DNA from: Candidatus Lokiarchaeum ossiferum | GTDB lineage: Archaea; Asgardarchaeota; Lokiarchaeia; Sigyniarchaeales; Promethearchaeaceae | Direction: 5' to 3' | Assembly (NCBI GenBank): GCA_025839675.1 | Contig: CP104013.1 | Coordinates: 2,100,001-2,132,000, forward strand | DNA length: 32,000 bases | Shown here: positions 16,659-24,955 of the stretch, piece after piece | Layout: each line of letters opens with the position of its first letter | Numbering within the stretch: position 1 is the first letter of the stretch | The notes under the pieces: model-generated | Told to the model about the DNA's origin: nothing | The model's input: the letters and a program-made list of their open reading frames with translations, nothing else | The model's database searches: none | Program-made: the position numbers and the translations under genes

Positions 16659-17672
16659 TCAGCGTTGGCGTGAAATCGTCGCTTGATGAAAATTGCTGAT
16701 TTTTGAGATAGATGATTTGTTTTCATTTTTTTTTCCTTTCTTAGCATAAGAGAGTTTTACATTTTGAGCATTGGAATCAACATAATACATTCCATTTTCG
16801 TAAGCACAAATATACACGGTGTCACCAGGATAAAAATATGATAAAGGAAAAAGCGATTGGGCACCAATTTGTTGAACTGATTCAGTTGTTCTTAGCGAAA
16901 TAACCCCCCCATTTTGATCCACAGCAATCTTTACCAATGCTTCTCGACCCAAAAGTTCATTTTGTACGCGAACCCGGTATGTACGATTTTTTGCAAGACT
17001 TTCATACCCTTTACTCACGATCTTGGTTATACCCACAGGTACGAGTAAAACAACAATGAGCCAGATTATCTTTAGAGAAATTAGATTATAGGTAAAAGTT
17101 CCCATAGTTCCAAACCAAAGTAGATATAAGGAAAAGACCAAGGAAGTTGGGGTGTTGGTAGAATAATTCACCATATCAGACACTGAACCAGCTGACCCTA
17201 CATCCATATCCAAACCTAACTCTGAATCAGAGTTAAAACCATCATCATTCTCAAGATGAGTATCATGATCAACATCCGAGCCATGATCAAAACTATCGTG
17301 ATCAATATCCGAGCCATGATCAAAACTATCGTGATCAATATCCGAGCCATGATCAAAACTATCGTGATCAATATCTGAGCCATGATCAAAACTATCGTGA
17401 TCAATATCTGAGCCATGATCAAAACTATCGTGATCAATATCTGAGCCATGATCAAAACTATCGTGATCTATATCAGAATCGTGATCAAGATGGGTCCCGT
17501 GATCTGTTTCAACACTTGAATCTACTTCAGAATCCATCTCAGAATGTTCTATTGAATCCGAAGAAGAATTTGATAAATTAGATGCAGACAGAATCATCAG
17601 CAGGAGAGTCAAGATTACACCCATAATGAGCGCCCCCACACAAATTGAATAGATTATTTCATGCCATATCAT
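16659..17672 (-). CDS. YqiJ/NfeD-like membrane protein with expanded His/Asp-rich repeat region
   Basis: The N-terminal TM is followed by an H/D-rich tract, as in E. coli YqiJ, and then TMs. The C-terminal OB-like tail (GREALVKIAVDQNGGVISL ... GDTVYICAYENGMYYV) is typical of NfeD. The gene lies immediately upstream of the flotillin, which is the conserved NfeD-SPFH pairing. Confidence 0.8.
   Translation of the reverse strand: MIWHEIIYSICVGALIMGVILTLLLMILSASNLSNSSSDSIEHSEMDSEVDSSVETDHGTHLDHDSDIDHDSFDHGSDIDHDSFDHGSDIDHDSFDHGSDIDHDSFDHGSDIDHDSFDHGSDIDHDSFDHGSDVDHDTHLENDDGFNSDSELGLDMDVGSAGSVSDMVNYSTNTPTSLVFSLYLLWFGTMGTFTYNLISLKIIWLIVVLLVPVGITKIVSKGYESLAKNRTYRVRVQNELLGREALVKIAVDQNGGVISLRTTESVQQIGAQSLFPLSYFYPGDTVYICAYENGMYYVDSNAQNVKLSYAKKGKKNENKSSISKISNFHQATISRQR
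17275..17472 (-). repeat. 33-bp x 6 in-frame tandem repeat encoding DHDSFDHGSDI units
   Basis: Direct count shows units starting at 17275, 17308, 17341, 17374, 17407 and 17440. Units 1-3 are identical (ccgag...), units 4-5 are identical (ctgag...), and unit 6 has one further change. Confidence 0.95.
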
Positions 17673-17747
17673 ATAGTTTTTACCTAAATACCACTGTATT
17701 TTTATTTACGCTGATTTTTGTCTCCTACGACGAAAACCCATGTAAGA

Positions 17748-17766
17748 TAGAGAGAATTTCTCTCTA
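17748..17766. promoter_or_regulatory. perfect 19-bp palindrome in divergent intergenic region
   Basis: The sequence tagagaga-att-tctctcta has 8-bp arms. It lies between the NfeD-flotillin operon start (17672) and the DUF422-like gene. Confidence 0.3.
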
Positions 17767-17940
17767 ATTGATATATAGCACACCGATGAAATAAACGATA
17801 TCCTATGTAATAATATGATTACAAAGGCATCCATATGATTGAAAATTGATCTGATGGTTCATTTGGTGAAATTCAGAAACATTCAATTCCTTCAGAATTC
17901 TAAACATTTTATTACATCTCTTTCTATTAAGTATGTGATT

Positions 17941-18879
17941 ATGAAATTTTGGACATCCTTTTTTGAACTGAGTGTTCTTCTTTACTTTTCAATTGAGGTA
18001 ATTTTGCTAATTCAAAAAAAAAAATATCTACAATTTTCTACTTTGATTACAGGAGCTATTTTTGGTGTAGTTCTTGAATTTGTAAATGTATTTTTAACTC
18101 AAGCTTACACTTACAGCCAAGAATTTATTTTACAAGTCGGAATATTTCCTAATAATATCCCTCTTGTGATTGGATTAGCTTGGGGAATTTTACTTGAAAC
18201 ATCCCATCAAATCAGTGAATGCTTCAACTTGCCTATTTTCATTCGCACTCTTTTTGAAAGTGTATTTGTTGTTTCAGTAGATCTATTTTTAGATGTTGTT
18301 GCAATACGGTTGGATGGAGGATTTTGGATATGGACGGATGAACCCATCGTTTCAACTATAACTACAACATCTCTCTTAGGAATAGGTTATGGTAATTTTT
18401 ATGGATGGTTTTGTGTGATATTCTTTAGCTCTATCATTCTGCATCTTTTTGATAAGATCTATGCAAAAATAAGTGGGAATAAGGATCAAAACAGTAAAAA
18501 ATCAAGTCCTTGGAAATATCTTCTTTTACGAATAACAATTACGGTGATACTTGCAGAAGGATTACTATTTGTGTTTTTAAATATCTTGAGATTTGCACCG
18601 TCCTTTATATGGTTATTTTTTGTCCTTCAATACTTTGGTTCGATTTTAATATTAATATTTTATATGGTAAAGAATAATAAACGTGCTACTTCAAAACTTC
18701 CAAACGTTTATTCTCTAGCGTATTATATGTTTTCCTACTTCTTTTGCATTATCACAATGATAGTGCTAGGATTAATCCGAGAAATACCTGTATTTTTTGC
18801 ACTAAACGTAGTATATGGCATTGGAATGATCATCTTTTTAGGTCGGTTATCATCTTTGCAATGGAAACAAACCACATAA
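17941..18879 (+). CDS. DUF422/carotenoid-biosynthesis-protein-like polytopic membrane protein
   Basis: AYTYSQEF...NIPLVIGLAWGILL and VDLFLDVVAIRLDGGFWIW resemble DUF422 (Caroten_synth) motifs as I recall them. I prefer the ATG at 17941 (MKFWTSFF, straight into a TM) to the TTG at 17839 in the ORF track. Confidence 0.55.
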   Translation: MKFWTSFFELSVLLYFSIEVILLIQKKKYLQFSTLITGAIFGVVLEFVNVFLTQAYTYSQEFILQVGIFPNNIPLVIGLAWGILLETSHQISECFNLPIFIRTLFESVFVVSVDLFLDVVAIRLDGGFWIWTDEPIVSTITTTSLLGIGYGNFYGWFCVIFFSSIILHLFDKIYAKISGNKDQNSKKSSPWKYLLLRITITVILAEGLLFVFLNILRFAPSFIWLFFVLQYFGSILILIFYMVKNNKRATSKLPNVYSLAYYMFSYFFCIITMIVLGLIREIPVFFALNVVYGIGMIIFLGRLSSLQWKQTT

Positions 18880-18920
18880 TTTCTACAACTTGTTTCTAAT
18901 TCAATCTTTTTTTGGTGATT

Positions 18921-19583
18921 TTAACTTGTTATAACTCTAACCGCCAAATCACCCCATTCAGATGCTTCTAAGAAGCGATTTAAATAATATGCTAACATAT
19001 CCGTTTGAAGCAATTCAGTAAAATCGGAATTACTGAAGAGTATATTATGCTGGTTGAATAAGTTCTGGCTGAGTTTCGTTGCTTTTATTAAGGTTAACAA
19101 CGAAATTGCATGAATTGATGAGGATTGGATGGATGAATTGATTTCTTGAAGTGTGTCATAAATTTCAGACATAATGCTTGATTGAGTTAGGGAAAATTGC
19201 AATTCCTTAAAAATTAGCAATCGTTTTTTCTCTATTTTTTTAATAAAACCGTGTTCAACTAATCGATTTATCAATTGTGGGAAAAAATCAGAATGATATT
19301 TATTCAGCAGCTCAACAATTTTGTAGACTTTTTTCTTTTTGGGATAATCTATGATAATTTGCAAAACTTGGGCAAGTAAAGGATCAGTGGGAGGTGAATC
19401 CTCAATAATTTCAATCATAATATCATTTTTTTTATTCACACCAAACCGGATTTTACCGAGCAGTTCTAAGTCCTTTAATAAAGCTCCAGTAACTGCATAC
19501 TTGAAGTGCGGGATTTCATCTTTATTGAGAGTTCCTTTTGTGCCATCTATTGCAATTAGAATGATTTCTTCACCTATTAACAT
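18921..19583 (-). CDS. GPP34/GOLPH3-family protein
   Basis: MLIGEEIILIAIDGTKGTL ... FKYAVTGALLKDLELLGKI ... TDPLLAQVLQII ... LINRLVEHGFIKK is the GPP34 pattern. AAGGAG lies upstream of the ATG. Confidence 0.8.
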   Translation of the reverse strand: MLIGEEIILIAIDGTKGTLNKDEIPHFKYAVTGALLKDLELLGKIRFGVNKKNDIMIEIIEDSPPTDPLLAQVLQIIIDYPKKKKVYKIVELLNKYHSDFFPQLINRLVEHGFIKKIEKKRLLIFKELQFSLTQSSIMSEIYDTLQEINSSIQSSSIHAISLLTLIKATKLSQNLFNQHNILFSNSDFTELLQTDMLAYYLNRFLEASEWGDLAVRVITS

Positions 19584-19666
19584 AGAGAAAAAGACTCCTT
19601 ATTCACATAAAAGTCTTATCATTCAAAGTTATTTGATGGAAGAAAACCTAAAAAAAGCAGATTTCT

Positions 19667-20362
19667 TTAATGAATTGAACTTGTTGCAGCCGTACTGGAA
19701 GTGATGACCGCTATAGCAACAGCAGCATGGATCGATTGAATGATCGATTTCAAATGAGAACCTATAAGGTCTGAATCGATGATGGCACGGATTTTTTTCT
19801 TAGCCCTCTTTCGATATTCCTTTGCAAATACAGTTCCAATCATCTCAGTAGCGCCAATGATCGCCAATAAACCCACAATACGATCCGAAGGATGCTTATC
19901 ATCTACAATAAAATCTTGAATGTCAACCAAAATAGCATCTTTGGGAGAAGGATTAATAACGGGATGTCGAACATATTTGAATATCTTTAAACGTAGTTTC
20001 TCAACCCGTTCCAAAATACCTTGTTCGACTAATCGTGAAAAAAGCCCTTCACGAAATTCAGAATATTTCCGGATTAAAAGATGAACAATTTTATCTATTT
20101 TGCGCTCTTTTGAATATTCTTGTATGATAATCAAAGCTTTATCGAGAAGGGGATCTTGGGTTAATTGATCATCGATAATTTGGACAACAATTTTATCTTT
20201 TTTCATCGTTTCAAAGGCTATTCTCCCCATTAAGGCTAAATCGGTTAACAAACTTCCGGCAATGGCATAATTAATGTAAGGAGCAGAAGTTCCACTCAGT
20301 TTACCACTTTCATCATCCAAAGCAAGAAGGAGGACTTCTTCGGCTAAAATCATAATATCCAT
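19667..20362 (-). CDS. GPP34/GOLPH3-family protein
   Basis: MILAEEVLLLALDDESGKLSG ... INYAIAGSLLTDLALMGRI ... QDPLLDKALIIIQE ... LFSRLVEQGILERVE closely matches the prokaryotic GPP34 consensus (LAEeLLLLALDDekG ... agAlL.ELal.GRi ... gdplLD.al). Confidence 0.85.
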   Translation of the reverse strand: MDIMILAEEVLLLALDDESGKLSGTSAPYINYAIAGSLLTDLALMGRIAFETMKKDKIVVQIIDDQLTQDPLLDKALIIIQEYSKERKIDKIVHLLIRKYSEFREGLFSRLVEQGILERVEKLRLKIFKYVRHPVINPSPKDAILVDIQDFIVDDKHPSDRIVGLLAIIGATEMIGTVFAKEYRKRAKKKIRAIIDSDLIGSHLKSIIQSIHAAVAIAVITSSTAATSSIH

Positions 20363-20433
20363 AATTATGTATTTTTCTATTAAAAAATTAGCTATAAGAT
20401 AAATGAAGTTAGATAAAAAAATGGAAAAAAGAT

Positions 20434-21558
20434 TTAATTAGAGAGTAATCGAGGTTTATAGTTTGTTGATTTGCTTTTGATTTGTTTGAAAATGAGATGA
20501 GTTTTAATTTTCTTCACAATCAATACTACAAAAAATATTTCCAAGGGAATTAATATTATGAAGAGAGATAATTCAAAAGGATCTTGTAACCTGTAATTTA
20601 CTTTGATATGATGGACAATTCTTGTAATATCATCACCTATACTTAAAAGCACAACAATTTCGCCTTCGAATGATATAGATTGTGTCATTATTTTCAAAAT
20701 TCCATCTTCATTGGGTAAATTTACTATAAAATGCACAGACGAGGGAAGAGTCGAAAATTCGTCAGTATAATTTTGTGAGAATTCATTGAAAGCAGAATTT
20801 AATTTTACGTCTTTAACTCTACCTTGCATTTCACCTTCAGTTCGCACCATTATTCGAAATACTATAGCTGATTGATTTGCCCATTCTTGTTGATTACTTA
20901 CCATTAATGTCCCTTTTAGACCATCTATCTCCGTAGAATATTCTTTGTATCCATTTTCAAAAACTATCATAGTTTCTGCTGTAAGTATTCCCGTTGAAAG
21001 CAATAAAAGCGCTAAAATAGAGCCTGCGATTTTCCAAATATTTTCCGTTTTCATGTTAACAATGTTTTTTGCTTCAATAAAAGATTTTCCCCCGCTTTTC
21101 CATCCTAAATATTGATTACCTATTTTGGTTTCATGGAAATACTTGATAGATTTGTCGATTATTAAATCAATTACAATTGTCACAAATGGAAATATAAGAT
21201 ACAACAATATTCCCCAATCACCTATTGTATAAGGATAATTTGCAAAAACTTCAAGAATAAAAATCATAATTCCAAATTGAATACTCCAAATTACAATTGA
21301 CAAGCCGATCCAAAAAATTGTCTTTTTAAAGATTTTAAGGGAATTGGATTTCTTAGATTCTCTTTCGGGTCTTACAAGAAATATAAAAGGGATTAGTATG
21401 CACATACCATATAGGAATTTATTTAACATTGCAGCGATATACAATACCGCTAATAGAAAAAGTAAAAAGAGAATAGATAGCATTTTATTAAAATTCCGTT
21501 TTGGAATCGCTAATGGATCTTCTTGAATTTTATGGTTTGCCTTTGAGTGGTTTTCCAT
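20434..21558 (-). CDS. hypothetical polytopic membrane protein
   Basis: 374 aa with about 4 N-terminal TMs, a TM at about residue 180, a ~150-aa non-hydrophobic domain and a C-terminal TM. It lies upstream of, and is co-oriented with, the GPP34 pair. Confidence 0.55.
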   Translation of the reverse strand: MENHSKANHKIQEDPLAIPKRNFNKMLSILFLLFLLAVLYIAAMLNKFLYGMCILIPFIFLVRPERESKKSNSLKIFKKTIFWIGLSIVIWSIQFGIMIFILEVFANYPYTIGDWGILLYLIFPFVTIVIDLIIDKSIKYFHETKIGNQYLGWKSGGKSFIEAKNIVNMKTENIWKIAGSILALLLLSTGILTAETMIVFENGYKEYSTEIDGLKGTLMVSNQQEWANQSAIVFRIMVRTEGEMQGRVKDVKLNSAFNEFSQNYTDEFSTLPSSVHFIVNLPNEDGILKIMTQSISFEGEIVVLLSIGDDITRIVHHIKVNYRLQDPFELSLFIILIPLEIFFVVLIVKKIKTHLIFKQIKSKSTNYKPRLLSN

Positions 21559-21832
21559 AGTTTAATTTAGGGTTTTATACACAAAAACGTTTGCCAATAT
21601 TTTCATAGGCGACTATATGTAATCATAAGAATTATTCAATACCATATGGTTGGAGTTTTTATGCAATTGATTTTTTTTTTGGAAGACTTCAAACACTTTT
21701 TCAGTTTAGGAACATGTTTCACATATTAGAACACTTTTTTTTGAGTGTATCAATGCTTGGTATATTTAGTAAAGATCCATATTATCATTTTAAAACTCAT
21801 GATAGAGTGATTAAAAAAAAATTGATGATAAA

Positions 21833-24800
21833 ATGATCTTCAACTACTTACGGCACAGTCTTGGCCGAAATAAAACCCGTTCCTTATTAATCAGTTCGGG
21901 AATCATTATTTCAATCATGTTGATCTCAGGGGTGATGGTAGCATCTAATTCTATGGCCACCTATATGATTGAAGAAAAACTTGATCAAATCAAAGTGGAT
22001 TTTGCAGTTTCCAGTAGGAATAAGAATTACACAGAAGTTTTACAAGTTTTGAATGGACTTAATGACAGTGAACAAGGAATCAAAGAATTTCAAGCCGCTT
22101 TCGCTCAATCACAATTTAATTATTATCAGACGTACTTGCAACCGGGTAATTCTACTATCGATTGGAATCCTATTTTGAATTCTCACAGTGAATGGGGTGG
22201 AATGGATTATTCATTTTTTAATAATACCTATTTTTGTGGAATTTCATCTAATATTTTCCAAGATGTGACAATTTCTCAACGATTTGAGAATGTTATTGGA
22301 TTCAATGATACTTTTGATTTTTCACAACAAGGAATTTATTTAGACTCGAAAACGGCTAAAAAATATAATTTAAAAGCTAATGATTCACTTTCGTTAGGAT
22401 TTTTCTATCAAAGCTGGAATTATGAGGAGGAGAAGCAAACTTCTACCAATCATACTGCAGAAGTGCAAGGAATACCAATAATTGGGATTTATACCGTTCC
22501 AGATAGGGATGCTTTTGGATATTTATTTGGTAATCAATGGGGTCGAACATATATCGGGGATGATGATGTCATACTTCTTGGAAACCTTACCTACTTGAAA
22601 GATGATCTTGCGAATTACCTAATTTCAGAGATAAAAACTTCAGTGGAAAACGCTGGAGACAATTACTATCAGGAACAAGAAGCATCTGTTCGTTATGGTA
22701 TTTTGATTGATCACAGTGTGCTTGCAAAAATTAATCCCAATTTACTCGAATCCTATATTACTAAGATGGAAACACGGATATCTGTTATAGGGGAATCGGT
22801 AATTCAATCATTATCCAATCAGATTGGAGAGTCCATTTCAAGTGTGATGCGAAGTATTTTGATATTTCAGGGTATTTTCTTGATCATATCTCTACCTGTT
22901 TTACTTCTTGGTTGGTATTTAAGCAAAACTAATTGGGTGCTCAGTTATCAGCAACGTAGACGGGAGTTAGCACTCTTGAAGGTAAAAGGAGGATTATCCC
23001 GCCAATTAACCTTTATGTTCTACATGGAGGCAATTATTATTGGAATATTTGGAGGATTTTTAGGGATCATAGGTGGTAATTTGACCTCTTCTTTGGTATT
23101 GAATCAAATTTTTCCAGATGCTCTCGCTGGAAAATTATTTGGAATGTTACTAACTGATACACTTCTAGGAAGATCAATTTCATGGACAACTTGGCTAGTT
23201 GGTTTAGGAGGCGCCATTACTATTTCCCTTCTCTCAGTTCGAAAACCTTTAAAAGATTTTTCAACCATGAAACCAATAGATGGGCTTCAAAAATATCATG
23301 AATCTAGCCAAAATGAATTACCAAAGAAAAAGCGCGATGTTGCCGTATTATTACTCGGAATTATCCCGATTTTAGTTGCCCTCTTTACCCAAGGAATTAT
23401 CAACCCCGAACCACCCATTTATGAATATGGAGTAATGCCATCTATTTCGTCTTACAACCCATTCGTCTCCTTATTCCTTACAATATCGACAATATTGCTT
23501 CCTTTAGCACCATTTGCTTTAATTTATGGAACTGTTAAGTTGCTATGTCGAAATGTCAAAGTATTTGGGAATTTAATTTCCAGAATAAGCAGAGTATTCA
23601 ATAAGCAAATATCTGTCTTCACATCAAAAAGTATTATTCGCAACCAAGCTCGTTCATTCCGTCTTGTCTTCATTGTTGCTATGTCCTTGAGTTTTATGGT
23701 AATGGCATCCACAATTGAAAGTACCGAGTTGGAATATCAAGATCAAATGCATACAATTGATACTGCAGATGGATTTCGGATGTACTTTTGGTCTCAAGAA
23801 TTTCAATCCAAATCACCATCTGAACTGTTCGATCTTCTTTGGAGTGAATCAGAAAGCCTTGATTTTAGTGGATTTAACTATCAATTTAACTTGAGGAATG
23901 GGAGAATTGGATCCAAAGATGATGATGGAGGGGGGGGAATTCTCGAAGCTTCAGAAAAACAACCATCCTATGATGTTAGTGAACCTTATTTCGGATCCAC
24001 TCAGTTGAAAATGATTGATGCTAAAAATTTTAGCAAGTTTGTGAATCTCCGGGATGATTGGTTTGCAGACTTATCAGCTTCGGAGGCTATGCAACAATTA
24101 GAAATACCTGGAAACGCCCTGATCCCCCAATCTTTAATAGATCAAGGATACATTATTGGAGATAATGTCACCATTAGCTACGAACTAGCAAATGGAACTA
24201 TGGTCGACTCCAGTATTATAATTGCAGGCGTTTACAATGCTTTCCCGATTATTTCATCAGGATATAACTGGGCTCAAAGTATTATTTTGGATAATTCTTC
24301 AATCAGTGATGGAAGAGTTCAAGACGAAATGCAATTTATTTTCTATAAGGAAGACTCAACCAATACTTCTTTTGATGCTAATCTCTTTAAGGAAGTTCTT
24401 GAACAATTTGATCCACATGGATATGCTGGTGAGCCTTGGATATCGTCGTCAGATGAATTAGTCACTATAGAAAATTCACTTATCCGCTTTTTGAATTTGG
24501 AAAGTATTTATCTTCTAACCATTGTTACCTTTGGTATAGCAATCATCATGTTTATTTCAATTAGTGAGAAGAGTCACGATATGGGATTGTTAAGGGCACG
24601 AGGAGTGGAGAAAAAAGTATTATACAAGATTCAAATCGCGGAAGGAAGTACTTTGATTTTCTTAGGTTCGCTTTTTACCGGTATTGGCATTGTGGGAGGT
24701 GCTGCAATGATTTTGCAATTAAATAACATGTTTATGCTCAATACAGGCACCGTAATCACTAGAAATCTTATCATACCTTGGATCAAAATTTTAGGGCAAT

Positions 24801-24910
24801 TAGCGATTTCAATGATAGCTTTCATCATTGCCATATCAATATCTGTGTTCCTTGAAACAAAGAAGTCCAATGTTTCAAAAATTGGAGAATTATTACGGGT
24901 GGATGCTTGA
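21833..24910 (+). CDS. MacB/FtsX-type ABC transporter permease with two FtsX modules and large extracytoplasmic domains (copy 1)
   Basis: 1025 aa. The N-terminus RNKTRSLLISSGIIISIML is followed by two large non-hydrophobic domains, each followed by an FtsX-like TM triplet (ELALLKVKGG..., HDMGLLRARGVEKKVLYKIQIAEG...). An ABC ATPase gene follows. Confidence 0.85.
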   Translation: MIFNYLRHSLGRNKTRSLLISSGIIISIMLISGVMVASNSMATYMIEEKLDQIKVDFAVSSRNKNYTEVLQVLNGLNDSEQGIKEFQAAFAQSQFNYYQTYLQPGNSTIDWNPILNSHSEWGGMDYSFFNNTYFCGISSNIFQDVTISQRFENVIGFNDTFDFSQQGIYLDSKTAKKYNLKANDSLSLGFFYQSWNYEEEKQTSTNHTAEVQGIPIIGIYTVPDRDAFGYLFGNQWGRTYIGDDDVILLGNLTYLKDDLANYLISEIKTSVENAGDNYYQEQEASVRYGILIDHSVLAKINPNLLESYITKMETRISVIGESVIQSLSNQIGESISSVMRSILIFQGIFLIISLPVLLLGWYLSKTNWVLSYQQRRRELALLKVKGGLSRQLTFMFYMEAIIIGIFGGFLGIIGGNLTSSLVLNQIFPDALAGKLFGMLLTDTLLGRSISWTTWLVGLGGAITISLLSVRKPLKDFSTMKPIDGLQKYHESSQNELPKKKRDVAVLLLGIIPILVALFTQGIINPEPPIYEYGVMPSISSYNPFVSLFLTISTILLPLAPFALIYGTVKLLCRNVKVFGNLISRISRVFNKQISVFTSKSIIRNQARSFRLVFIVAMSLSFMVMASTIESTELEYQDQMHTIDTADGFRMYFWSQEFQSKSPSELFDLLWSESESLDFSGFNYQFNLRNGRIGSKDDDGGGGILEASEKQPSYDVSEPYFGSTQLKMIDAKNFSKFVNLRDDWFADLSASEAMQQLEIPGNALIPQSLIDQGYIIGDNVTISYELANGTMVDSSIIIAGVYNAFPIISSGYNWAQSIILDNSSISDGRVQDEMQFIFYKEDSTNTSFDANLFKEVLEQFDPHGYAGEPWISSSDELVTIENSLIRFLNLESIYLLTIVTFGIAIIMFISISEKSHDMGLLRARGVEKKVLYKIQIAEGSTLIFLGSLFTGIGIVGGAAMILQLNNMFMLNTGTVITRNLIIPWIKILGQLAISMIAFIIAISISVFLETKKSNVSKIGELLRVDA

Positions 24911-24955
24911 AACCCTTTTTTTTAATTATAAATTTACTAATGGAGAAAAACTCAA

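Noticed and set aside
17216-17455. A 79-aa ORF reading (LITIVLIMAQI)n within the tandem repeat.
   Set aside because: It is an alternative-frame artefact of the 33-bp repeat. The other frame continues into a full YqiJ/NfeD-like protein with N-terminal TM and C-terminal NfeD tail.
17275-17472. Whether the regular 33-bp repeat could be a CRISPR array.
   Set aside because: The units are directly adjacent with no spacers, they are in frame within a coding sequence, and no cas genes are present.
17839-17940. The TTG start at 17839 for the DUF422-like protein (ORF-track call).
   Set aside because: The extra 34 residues are non-hydrophobic and unlike the family N-terminus. The ATG at 17941 leads directly into the first TM. 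The longer form is not fully excluded.
21690-21745. Repeated aacacttttt motifs and the small palindrome aacatgtt upstream of the first ABC permease, as a possible operator. Similar aacattt repeats occur at 6005-6045.
   Set aside because: They are short, A/T-rich and imperfect. They are expected by chance in this composition, and no matching element lies upstream of the second ABC module.
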